This document shows positions 44,830-52,489 of a stretch of 52,606 nt of DNA, in pieces. Origin of the DNA: Candidatus Aerophobota bacterium (GTDB taxonomy: Bacteria; Aerophobota; Aerophobia; Aerophobales; JAGGXI01); assembly GCA_021163155.1 (NCBI GenBank), contig JAGGXI010000085.1:1-52606 (forward strand), read 5' to 3'. The position numbers were made by a program, and so were the translations under genes. The notes below the pieces were generated by a model. That model worked only from the letters and a program-made list of their open reading frames with translations. It was not told where the DNA came from and did no database searches. Each line of letters starts with the position of its first letter. Within the stretch, counting starts at the first letter, position 1.

Positions 44830-45231
44830 ATGCGTTTTTTAGACACCAACCTTTTAATTCACTACTTTACTCGAGATGACGAAGGGAAAGCACAGAAAGT
44901 CTTAGGCCTTTTAAAAAGAGTGGAGAGAAACGAGGAAAGAGTTATAACATCTTCTCTTGTCATATTTGAGACAGTTTTTACCTTGCAAAGTTTCTATAAG
45001 GTTTCGAGAAAAAAGATAAAAAAGCTTGTATCTCCTATTCTTGAACTAAGGGGGCTAAAACTTTTAGATAAGGAGATATATCAATTAGCATTGGACATTT
45101 ATGTAAAAAAGAATATCTCTTTTGCTGATGCTTTTAATACAGCTTTTATTCTTAAGAAAGAAATTAAAGAGATTTACAGTTATGATGAGGATTTCGACAG
45201 GATAGAGGAAATTAGAAGAATGCTTCCCTAA
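44830..45231 (+). CDS. vapC: PIN-domain toxin VapC
   Basis: 133 aa. FLDTNLLIHY, FETVFTL, and the C-terminal FADAFN..YSYDEDFDRI acidic residues. Confidence 0.85.
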   Translation: MRFLDTNLLIHYFTRDDEGKAQKVLGLLKRVERNEERVITSSLVIFETVFTLQSFYKVSRKKIKKLVSPILELRGLKLLDKEIYQLALDIYVKKNISFADAFNTAFILKKEIKEIYSYDEDFDRIEEIRRMLP

Positions 45232-45249
45232 AAAAGAATGATAAGTTTC

Positions 45250-45473
45250 AACCCGGATTCGGCAATTTAAATAATGACCATTAAGTTTATCCTAAAATGT
45301 TGTTCTGAGTCTAATCTTTATGAAGATTAAATTTTTTAGGAGCAAAAAATATTTTTCTTCTTTGGGTAGGGCGAGTTCAGTCGCCCTTTGCAAAATAAGA
45401 GCTAAAGTCTATTGGGAGGCTAAAGCCTCCCCTACCCAGGCCAGGCACTCTAACAGTTTGCCGAATCTGGGTT
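45250..45473. mobile_element. MITE-like element (complete copy of family R2) with 16-nt terminal inverted repeats
   Basis: AACCCGGATTCGGCAA (45250-45265) pairs with TTGCCGAATCTGGGTT (45458-45473) at 15/16 complementary positions. The core 45363-45440 folds as a closing stem GGGTAGGG/CCCTACCC around hairpins GGGCGA..TCGCCC and GGGAGGC..GCCTCCC. Confidence 0.6.
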
Positions 45474-45497
45474 CAATTAAAGATGGAGGTTATCTAT

Positions 45498-46763
45498 ATG
45501 TTTAAAAAAACTATTTTAGAAAATGGATTAAGAATCATAACTTCTCCGATGAAGGGGACAAGAACAGTAACTGTTTTAGCGATGGTGGGCACGGGTTCAA
45601 AATATGAGATTAAACAAATAAACGGAGCTTCTCATTTTTTGGAACATATGTTTTTCAAAGGAACAGAGAAAAGGCCGACTGCTTTAGATATTGCGGAAAC
45701 AATTGATAGGATAGGTGGAGAATACAATGCTTTTACTTCTAAGGAATTTACTGGCTATTATGCTAAAGTCAGCTCTAAACACAAAAAATTAGCTATGGAT
45801 GTAATTTCTGATATATTATTAAATTCAAAATTTGATGCTAAAGAAATTGAGCGAGAAAAAGGAGTAATTATTGAAGAATTAAATATGTACTTAGATACTC
45901 CTACTTCTTATATAAAGGACCTTTTTGAGGTGTTGCTCTACGGTGATCAACCAGCAGGATGGCTGGTTATAGGTGCTAAAGAAAACATTAAAGCAATGAA
46001 TCGTGAGAAATTGTTGGACTATTTCAAAAGGCAGTATGTAGCTTCCAACACTACTATTTTAGTAACGGGCGATATTGATGAGGTAGAAACAATAAGAGAA
46101 GTGGAAAAATACTTTAAAGATATAAATAAAAATAAATATACAAAAAAAATTTCTGTTAAAGAGGCGCAAGATAAACCTTTAAGTTTGATCCATTATAAAA
46201 AAACGGACCAAACACATTTTTGCCTGGGGACAAGGTCGTACGATTTTAACTCTCGGGATTATTTTGTTTTGCAGGTTTTAGCTTCAATTCTTGGCGGAGG
46301 AATGAGTTCGCGACTTTTTATAGAAGTTAGAGAAAAAAGAGGATTAGCTTATCGTATTCAATGTTCATCAGAAAATTATACAGATAGTGGTTATTTAGTT
46401 GTTCAAGCAGGGGTTGGCAATGATAGAGTTGATGAGAGTATAAAAGTTATCTTAGATGAGTTTTGCAAGATAAGAGATAAAAAAGTGTTGGATAAAGAAT
46501 TAAACAAAGCTAAAGAATATATTAAAGGAAAACTCTTGTTGGGGTTAGAATCATCAGACGAAGTAGCATTTTGGTTGGGACATCAAGAAGTTCTTAAAAA
46601 GCAGATATTGACTGTGAATGAAGTATTTGAGAAGGTTGATGCAGTAACTGCAGAAGATATTCAAAGAGTGGGCAAAGATATATTCCAAAATAATAAATTA
46701 AATCTTACTGCAATTGGACCTTTTAAGGATAAAAATAGATTTGATAAGATGCTGAGAGTGTAA
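45498..46763 (+). CDS. M16-family (insulinase/pitrilysin-like) zinc peptidase
   Basis: Has the inverted zincin motif HFLEHMFFKG and the downstream EREKGVIIEE. ATG 45498 follows GGAGG, although the ORF is open from 45483. Confidence 0.85.
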   Translation: MFKKTILENGLRIITSPMKGTRTVTVLAMVGTGSKYEIKQINGASHFLEHMFFKGTEKRPTALDIAETIDRIGGEYNAFTSKEFTGYYAKVSSKHKKLAMDVISDILLNSKFDAKEIEREKGVIIEELNMYLDTPTSYIKDLFEVLLYGDQPAGWLVIGAKENIKAMNREKLLDYFKRQYVASNTTILVTGDIDEVETIREVEKYFKDINKNKYTKKISVKEAQDKPLSLIHYKKTDQTHFCLGTRSYDFNSRDYFVLQVLASILGGGMSSRLFIEVREKRGLAYRIQCSSENYTDSGYLVVQAGVGNDRVDESIKVILDEFCKIRDKKVLDKELNKAKEYIKGKLLLGLESSDEVAFWLGHQEVLKKQILTVNEVFEKVDAVTAEDIQRVGKDIFQNNKLNLTAIGPFKDKNRFDKMLRV

Positions 46764-46817
46764 AATGAAGGGGTCAGGGTTATGAGGGATAACAAAAAAT
46801 CTGTGGAACTAATCCCT

Positions 46818-46876
46818 CTCATCCCATTTACTCGTAATATACAGCGACAGAGGGGAAAAGTCCCGAGATATTCTTG
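46818..46876. repeat. second copy of conserved motif R3
   Basis: CTCATCCCATTTACTCG..CAGCGACAGAGGGGAAAAGTCCCGAGATATTCTTG. Confidence 0.75.
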
Positions 46877-47000
46877 GCAGTTGTAGAAAAAAACCTGACA
46901 GAGGGTGGATAGGCTGTAATTTATCTAAGTTTGCCATTAAAGTTACGAGAAAAAGATTATTGGATATTTATAATTCTAAGAATTTGATGGAAGGTAAGAG

Positions 47001-47282
47001 ATGAAGGTTGAGGATATAAAGAAAAAGATATTACCGATACTGAAAAAGTATGGGGTAACGAGAGCAGGAATATTCGGTTCTGTAGTGAGGGGAGAAGCGA
47101 AGGAAGATAGCGATGTTGATATTTTAGTAGAGATAGAAAAAAGAATGAGTTTACTTGATTTTGTTGGATTGAAGTTAGAACTTGAAGAAGCCCTTGGTAG
47201 AAGGGTCGATTTGGGGGAGTATTCTACAATCAAGCCAATTATCCGCAAACAAATATTGAGTGAGGAGATGCCCATCCTATGA
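47001..47282 (+). CDS. minimal nucleotidyltransferase (MNT) antitoxin of a HEPN/MNT pair
   Basis: 93 aa with GIFGSVVRGEAKEDSDVDILV (GSxxRG..DxD). Its stop overlaps the next ATG (ATGA). Confidence 0.85.
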   Translation: MKVEDIKKKILPILKKYGVTRAGIFGSVVRGEAKEDSDVDILVEIEKRMSLLDFVGLKLELEEALGRRVDLGEYSTIKPIIRKQILSEEMPIL

Positions 47283-47626
47283 AAAGAAATACACGACTTT
47301 ATTTGCAGGATATATGGGATAGCATCCTGGCAATAGAGGAATATACTCAGAATCTTACTGAGGAGGAATTCTACTCAAACCGACAGGTTTAAGATGCCAT
47401 TGTGAGAAGATTAGAGATAATTGGAGAAGCAGTAAGAAATATAGATGATGATTTTAGAGATGAACATTCTGAAATACCGTGGAGGAAGATTGCTGGCATG
47501 AGAGATATTATCGCACACGAATATTTCGGGATAAAGCTTGAAAGAGTATGGGACATTGTAAGAAAAGATTTCCCAAATCTGAGACAACAAATGTATTGGA
47601 TAATGGAGGCAGAGAATGGCAAATAA
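47279..47626 (+). pseudogene. HEPN (DUF86) toxin gene interrupted by one in-frame TAA
   Basis: MKRNTRLYLQDIWDSILAIEEYTQNLTEEEFYSNRQV, then TAA (47390-47392), then DAIVRRLEIIGEA..MRDIIAHEYFGI (Rx4H), all in the same frame. The stop sits where DUF86 proteins normally have Gln. Confidence 0.75.
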
Positions 47627-47808
47627 AAAATATGGTAAGCTTACCCGTCCCTTTGAACTTCTGAATATCGGTAACTATGAAACCATTTACTGGTAAAAAA
47701 GAGAAGATGAGTCCCTCGCCTTTATGCTTATAAATTATATCAATCTCAGCCTTTAACTGGATTCAGATATTTACATGGAAGAAAAGGTGATGGGGTAGGT
47801 AAGGTTAC

Positions 47809-48129
47809 ATGAAAAGTATGAAAAACATTCTAAAATTTGATAGACCTCGCGAGAAAATGGATAAAAATGGGACTCAAGCCCTTTCAGATATTGAACTTCT
47901 GGCTATTTTGCTTGGTAGCGGCATTAAAGGCAAAGATGTATTTAAAGTTGCCCGAGATATATTAAGACTGGCGTAAAAAGATTTTAATGGTATTAATTTA
48001 GAAACTTTAAAAGGTATCGACGGCGTTGGCCGCCTGGCTAAAGCATCACAAATAATGGCAGCTGTAGAATTTTCAAAGAGATTTTTGATTAAAGATGGAA
48101 TAAAAATCACATGTGCAAAGGAATACTGA
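47809..48129 (+). pseudogene. RadC-family N-terminal (HhH) fragment with an in-frame TAA and no JAB/MPN domain
   Basis: ..RPREKM..LSDIELLAILLGSGIKGKDVFKVARDILRLA, then TAA (47974-47976), then KDFNGINLETLKGIDGVGRLAKASQIMAAVEFSKRF... The frame ends at 48129, before any JAMM motif. Confidence 0.65.
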
Positions 48130-48146
48130 ATAAATGAGGTGGAAAA

Positions 48147-48536
48147 ATGGGGAACTTTCAAGAAAAGATCAGTTTTATCTGGGACCTGGCGGATTTATTG
48201 AGAAGTGTATATAAAAGAAATGAATATCAAAAAGTAATCCTTCCTTTCACGGTTCTTAAAAGATTTGATTGTGTTTTAAGTGATTCCAGAAAAGCAGTCC
48301 TTGAAACCTACAACAAATATAAAGGTCAATTCGAAAATATGGAACCTATTCTTCTAAATGCCGCAAAAGATAAAAATGGAAGAGAATTAAAATTTTATAA
48401 TTACTCAAAATATGATTTTAAGGCCCCAATTGAAGACGCTGAACATATCAGTGTTTTACAGGATGTAGATATTGATTCATCTAAAATTGTAAAGAAAGGT
48501 AAAAAAGAAATTCATTTAACATCATCTGAAGAATAA
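48147..48536 (+). pseudogene. N-terminal fragment of a type I R-M methyltransferase subunit (HsdM_N)
   Basis: 129 aa. FIWDLADLLRSVYKRNEYQKVILPFTVLKRFDCVL is the HsdM N-terminal domain signature. No SAM-binding or NPPF region follows. Confidence 0.65.
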
Positions 48537-48564
48537 TTGACAAAATATTTTTTAAAATTATAAT
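48537..48564 (+). promoter_or_regulatory. consensus sigma70 promoter upstream of the Rrf2 gene
   Basis: TTGACA (48537-48542), a 16-nt spacer, then TATAAT (48559-48564). It lies ~45 nt before the ATG. Confidence 0.55.
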
Positions 48565-48609
48565 TTATATAATTTCGATAGATTTAGTAGAGAAAAGAAA
48601 GGCGTTTAT

Positions 48610-49098
48610 ATGAAACTTTCCACCAAAGGACGCTATGGAACAAGGGCAATGATAGACCTCGCCCTTCATTATGGTCAAGGTCCTATTCTCTTAAAAGATA
48701 TAGCAAAAAGGCAAAAAATTTCTGATAAATACCTAGAACATATGATTACCTCTCTCAGGATAGCTGGTTTAATAAACAGTATTCGGGGGGCACACGGGGG
48801 ATATATTTTAGCTAAACCCCCTGCTCAAATAAAGCTCAGTCAGGTAATCAAAGCGTTAGAGGGTTCGATAGCTCCTGTGGAGTGTGTCGATGATCCTAAA
48901 ACCTGCTCACAAGCAAATCTTTGTATAACCAGAGGTATTTGGACAGAAATAAAAAGAGCGATGGATAGGATATTAGAATCTGTAAGTTTACAGGATTTGG
49001 TTAAGCAACAAAAGAGAAAAAGAATAGGAAAAGAAAGAGACAATCGAACGAGGAAAGAAAATGCAAAAGGTTATAATGGCAATGAATGGGAGGATTAA
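48610..49098 (+). CDS. Rrf2-family transcriptional regulator (IscR-like)
   Basis: 162 aa. MKLSTKGRYGTRAMIDLA, a winged helix, and a three-Cys cluster C..C.....C (ECVDDPKTCSQANLC). Confidence 0.85.
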   Translation: MKLSTKGRYGTRAMIDLALHYGQGPILLKDIAKRQKISDKYLEHMITSLRIAGLINSIRGAHGGYILAKPPAQIKLSQVIKALEGSIAPVECVDDPKTCSQANLCITRGIWTEIKRAMDRILESVSLQDLVKQQKRKRIGKERDNRTRKENAKGYNGNEWED

Positions 49099-49261
49099 TT
49101 TCTCAGCTGCCGCATATTTATTAAAATTTAGAAAGCCTCAAAGAGCAATAATACCACGATAATTTGTAATATTCTATGAAAGAGATAAAGTTCTTAATAG
49201 TGTATGAATGAAGAAGATTTATAAGTAGGAGGAACAATTACTCTCAAAAGAGGAGTGTTAA

Positions 49262-49531
49262 GTGAGGATAAAAGTCAAATTTTCCACTGTTTTCCAGGGA
49301 TTAAGTGGCGTAGATGAAATCGAGTTTTCACTACATCAAGATATGACAGTGAAGGATGCCCTGGAGAAAATAGTTGAGGGTTTTCCCAAATTTAAAAAAT
49401 GGATACCCCAAAATGGCAAAGTAAGTAACTATGTTTATGCATCAGTTAATGGAAAGTTTCCAAGTTCAGAAACTCAACTAAAAAATAATGACGAAATAGT
49501 CTTATTCCTCGTCCCCATGGGAGGAGGATGA
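49262..49531 (+). CDS. MoaD/ThiS-family ubiquitin-like sulfur carrier (copy 1), C-terminal GG
   Basis: 89 aa with a GTG start. IKVKFSTVF..NDEIVLFLVPMGGG*. Paralogous to copy 3 along its whole length. Confidence 0.8.
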   Translation: MRIKVKFSTVFQGLSGVDEIEFSLHQDMTVKDALEKIVEGFPKFKKWIPQNGKVSNYVYASVNGKFPSSETQLKNNDEIVLFLVPMGGG

Positions 49532-49659
49532 AAGAAAAAGAAATGAGAAAAGTATCTTTAGGAGAGGAGAGAATGAAAGAACTCGGTTTTACAAAAGTTT
49601 ATAACATGTTGGGAAGAATTACTCAATGGGAAGCCGAAGGATTGCCGACTATAAAATAG
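49528..49659 (+). pseudogene. remnant of a ThiF/MoeZ-type gene: only a rhodanese-domain C-terminus remains
   Basis: MKEKEMRKVSLGEERMKELGFTKVYNMLGRITQWEAEGLPTIK*. The end matches the rhodanese C-terminal consensus (G..V..L.GG...W...GLP). Its ATGA overlap with copy 1 mirrors the moaD-3/thiF junction. Confidence 0.45.
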
Positions 49660-49880
49660 GGTTACATAAAATTGTACTCTGTTGTTGCGGGGATTGGAAC
49701 TTTATATCCTTTTGTTCCTTTTCTTTTATCCGTTATCAGGCTTTGTCCTCGCTCCTTTTTTTACCTGTGCGTTGCATGCAGGCAAGGGAGAATATTCTTT
49801 TTATTTCTCTTATTCCTCCTTTGATCTAGTCAAAATGGAAAGAAACCCAAAATATCCAGGTTGTGGGAGATATATACAAA

Positions 49881-50126
49881 ATGAAAGTTAAGGTAAAATT
49901 CTTTGCATTACAAAGAAAAGCAATAGGTAAGAATGAGCTTGAAATTAAGTCAGAGGAAAAAATAACGATTAACAGGTTACTGGAAATGCTAATGAGTGAG
50001 CACCCTGAATTAAAGAAATTAGCCAAATTCACAATAGTGTCACTTAATCACAACTTTGCAAATGGAAGCGAATTGCTAAAAGATGGCGATGAAGTTGCAC
50101 TATTTCCGCCTGTGGGAGGTGGCTGA
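49881..50126 (+). CDS. moaD: MoaD-family sulfur carrier (copy 2), C-terminal GG
   Basis: MKVKVKFFALQRKAIG..DGDEVALFPPVGGG*, directly upstream of moaE. The ORF is open from 49863. Confidence 0.8.
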   Translation: MKVKVKFFALQRKAIGKNELEIKSEEKITINRLLEMLMSEHPELKKLAKFTIVSLNHNFANGSELLKDGDEVALFPPVGGG

Positions 50127-50127
50127 A

Positions 50128-50580
50128 ATGATTGAAATTACAAATGAAGATTTTTCAATTAATGAAATAGTTAAAAAGATGAAGTCCTCAGAAATTGGGT
50201 GTATAGTAACTTTTGTAGGCACAGTTAGAAGCCTATCTCCACAGGGTACTGTAGAGACCATAGAGATCGAATCGTATACAGAAATGGCCAAAGAAAAATT
50301 ATCAGAATTAGTAGAGTATACAAAAAAACATTTTGAGATTGCCGATGTGTCTATAATTCACCGTGTAGGAAAATTGGAACCTTCTGAAAATATAGTTTGT
50401 ATCGCAGTCTCTGCGGCACATAGGAAAGATGCATTCAAAGCGTGTGAGTGGTTGATTGATGAGTTAAAGAAATGTGTACCTATTTGGAAAACTGAAACTT
50501 TTGCTAAAATTGCAGAAAATACGACATTAGCCGAAATTCTAAAGTCCCCTGGGGGCAAGCAGAATCCTTTCAAAACATAA
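50128..50580 (+). CDS. moaE: molybdopterin synthase catalytic subunit MoaE, C-terminally fused to a foreign fragment
   Basis: IGCIVTFVGTVRS.., IHRVGKL, VCIAVSAAHRKDAF and VPIWK. After ~aa 125 the sequence (AKIAENTTLAEILKSP) belongs to a DUF1858-like gene. Confidence 0.8.
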   Translation: MIEITNEDFSINEIVKKMKSSEIGCIVTFVGTVRSLSPQGTVETIEIESYTEMAKEKLSELVEYTKKHFEIADVSIIHRVGKLEPSENIVCIAVSAAHRKDAFKACEWLIDELKKCVPIWKTETFAKIAENTTLAEILKSPGGKQNPFKT

Positions 50581-50700
50581 TTTACATTGCTTACAGTGCC
50601 CGATGGCTGCTTATGAGATAGGTATGCTAAAAATTGGAGAAGTTGCAAAAATGTATGAAATTAAAATCAAAAAATTGTTGAAAATGCCATTAAATCTCAG
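50503..50700 (+). pseudogene. frameshifted DUF1858-like (hybrid-cluster-associated redox disulfide) remnant
   Basis: AKIAENTTLAEILKSP lies in the moaE frame. After the C4G5 run (~50546-50555) the +1 frame continues GASRILSKHNLHCLQCPMAAYEIGMLKIGEVAKMYEIKIKKLLKM, which is the CxxC core of DUF1858. Confidence 0.4.
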
Positions 50701-50802
50701 GTTCCTCAAATTCAGAGGGTTGAAGCTATATAAGAGAGATTTACTTTATTTGAGTTATATTCTACCTAAGGTTTAGGATAAGTGGAGAAGTTTTTTAAAG
50801 GA

Positions 50803-50890
50803 CGGTAGCCGCAACCTTTAAGTTGCGCAAAAACGCAGGCTAAAGCCTGCGGCTACCGGTTGTGCTGTTTTTTCGTACAAAAGTTAGCTG
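50803..50890. repeat. REP-like hairpin units (family R1) with flanking arm
   Basis: CGGTAGCCGCAACCTTTAAGTTGCGC..CGCAGGCTAAAGCCTGCGGCTACCGGTT..GTTTTTTCGTACAAAAGTTAGCT. Confidence 0.75.
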
Positions 50891-50952
50891 TGGAATGTGT
50901 CGATGAACCTGATGAGAGAAGATGGAGTTACGGCAATGCATGATGCTACAGA

Positions 50953-51387
50953 ATGCGGTATCTGGGGTGGGCTATTGGATGCATAAATTCTTTTTACTGG
51001 CTCGTTTTATCTCTCATATTAACCGTTTTTTTAACAGAGATTGAGATTCATCCTGGAGCAGTGAGAAAAGCGAGAGAAGAAGATATTGAATTGAAAGAAA
51101 GTAAAGATTTCGACACCTTTGAAGGAAAAGGTGTAGTAGCAAACATTGAGGGACAAAAGCTCCTTATAGGCAGTAAAGTATTTTTAAAAGAGATAAACCT
51201 TTTTTATCCAAAAGAGGCTAAAGAAAAGGTATCTCAACTTGAAAATGAAGGGAAAACAGTAATACTCATAGCTTCCTCCAATTCTCCCCATAAGATATAC
51301 GGCATAATTGCTGTTGCTGATTCATTGAAAAGAACAACAAGAGATGCTATTGAAGAGTTAAAAAAGATGAAACTCAATTGTTTGTAA
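50953..51387 (+). pseudogene. internal fragment of a heavy-metal P-type ATPase (nucleotide-binding domain)
   Basis: From ~51040: EIHPGAVRKAREEDIEL..FDTFEGKGVVANIEGQKLLIGSKVFL..LENEGKTVILIA..IYGIIAVADSLKRTTRDAIEELKKM. This matches the CopA N-domain. There are no TM, DKTGT or GDGxND regions. Confidence 0.6.
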
Positions 51388-51477
51388 AGTATATAAGGTT
51401 AACTATGAACGGAATTTGTTTAGGACTTTGGATTAATAATTTAAGAAGGCTAAACCATCACGAAAAAAGGAGAGTTA

Positions 51478-51744
51478 ATGAAGGTAAAAGTAAAATTTTC
51501 CACTATTTTCAGGGAATTAAGTGGGGTAGATAAGACTGAGTTTTCCTTTCCTCAAAGCGCTACAGTAGGGGATACCCTGAAAAAAATAGTTGAGGATTTT
51601 CCCAGGCTTAAAAAATGGATACCTCAAAATGGCGAAGTAAGTGACTATGTTTATGTATTACTTAATGGAAAGTATGCGCCGTCGCAAACCCAACTAAAAA
51701 ATGATGATGAAATAGTCCTATTTCCTCCTGTAGCGGGGGGATGA
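51478..51744 (+). CDS. MoaD/ThiS-family sulfur carrier (copy 3), C-terminal GG
   Basis: 88 aa. MKVKVKFSTIF..DDEIVLFPPVAGG*, followed after 1 nt by the E1-like gene. Confidence 0.85.
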   Translation: MKVKVKFSTIFRELSGVDKTEFSFPQSATVGDTLKKIVEDFPRLKKWIPQNGEVSDYVYVLLNGKYAPSQTQLKNDDEIVLFPPVAGG

Positions 51745-51745
51745 A

Positions 51746-52489
51746 ATGCTAAGTGAGAGGGAATTAATAAGGTATGACCGTCAGATAATGATATTTGGAA
51801 AAAATGCACAGGAGAAGCTGAAGAAAGCAAAAGTAGCTATAGCAGGAATAGGAGGATTGGGATCGCCTGTTAGTATATACCTGACAGCAGCGGGGATAGG
51901 GCACCTACTTTTAATTGATGAGCAGAAGCCGGAGTTGAGCAATTTAAATAGACAGATTGTTCATGGAGAAGAAGATGTGGAGAAAAAAACAAAAACTCTT
52001 TCTGCTAAAGAGAAGCTTAATCAATTGAATTCAGAGGTAAAAATAGAAACATACTCCAAAAGAATTTCCAGAGAAAATATAGAAGAACTGCTGAATGGCG
52101 TAAATATAGTTGTAGATGCACTCGATAATTTTGAAACAAGATATTTATTAAACGAATTTTGTGTTAAAAGTGGAATACCACTCATACACAGTGCTGTTGA
52201 GGGATTATATGGTCAAATTACAACTATAATACCAGGAAAAACGCCCTGCCTGAAGTGTCTATTTCCTAATCCACCTAAAAAAATAAAATTTCCTATAATT
52301 GGGGTAACTGCTGGGTTTTTTGGAGTTTTAGAAGCGAATGAGGTTTTAAAATTAATTACTGGATATGGGAATAACTTAATAGGCAAACTTTTTATTTACG
52401 ATTTATCTCGTAATGAAGGAGAGTGGATAGATGTCAAGCCAAATCCCTCCTGCCCTGTATGTAGTGATAAATTGTTAGCTAAAATTTAA
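51746..52489 (+). CDS. ThiF/MoeB/HesA-family E1-like adenylyltransferase
   Basis: 247 aa. YDRQI, the nucleotide loop IAGIGGLGSPV, NLNRQ, and two CxxC pairs (CLKC, CPVC). Confidence 0.85.
   Translation: MLSERELIRYDRQIMIFGKNAQEKLKKAKVAIAGIGGLGSPVSIYLTAAGIGHLLLIDEQKPELSNLNRQIVHGEEDVEKKTKTLSAKEKLNQLNSEVKIETYSKRISRENIEELLNGVNIVVDALDNFETRYLLNEFCVKSGIPLIHSAVEGLYGQITTIIPGKTPCLKCLFPNPPKKIKFPIIGVTAGFFGVLEANEVLKLITGYGNNLIGKLFIYDLSRNEGEWIDVKPNPSCPVCSDKLLAKI

Noticed and set aside
47390-47976. In-frame TAA codons (47390-47392 and 47974-47976) as evidence of stop-codon reassignment or programmed readthrough
   Set aside because: TAA, TAG and TGA all terminate well-conserved housekeeping genes at their expected ends in this window (hisS TAA, alaS TAG, aspS TGA). 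The affected genes are accessory and neighbour other truncated genes. Pseudogenisation is the simpler explanation.
49660-49880. Moco riboswitch in the 220-nt gap upstream of moaD-2/moaE
   Set aside because: I could not find the conserved Moco-motif elements or a convincing multi-stem fold on the plus strand. This needs cmsearch with RF01055 before any claim can be made.
49262-51744. Diversity-generating retroelement (template/variable repeat) interpretation of the two similar MoaD genes
   Set aside because: Differences between the two copies are spread over all four bases rather than confined to adenines. No reverse transcriptase or Avd-like gene is present. They are ordinary diverged paralogues.
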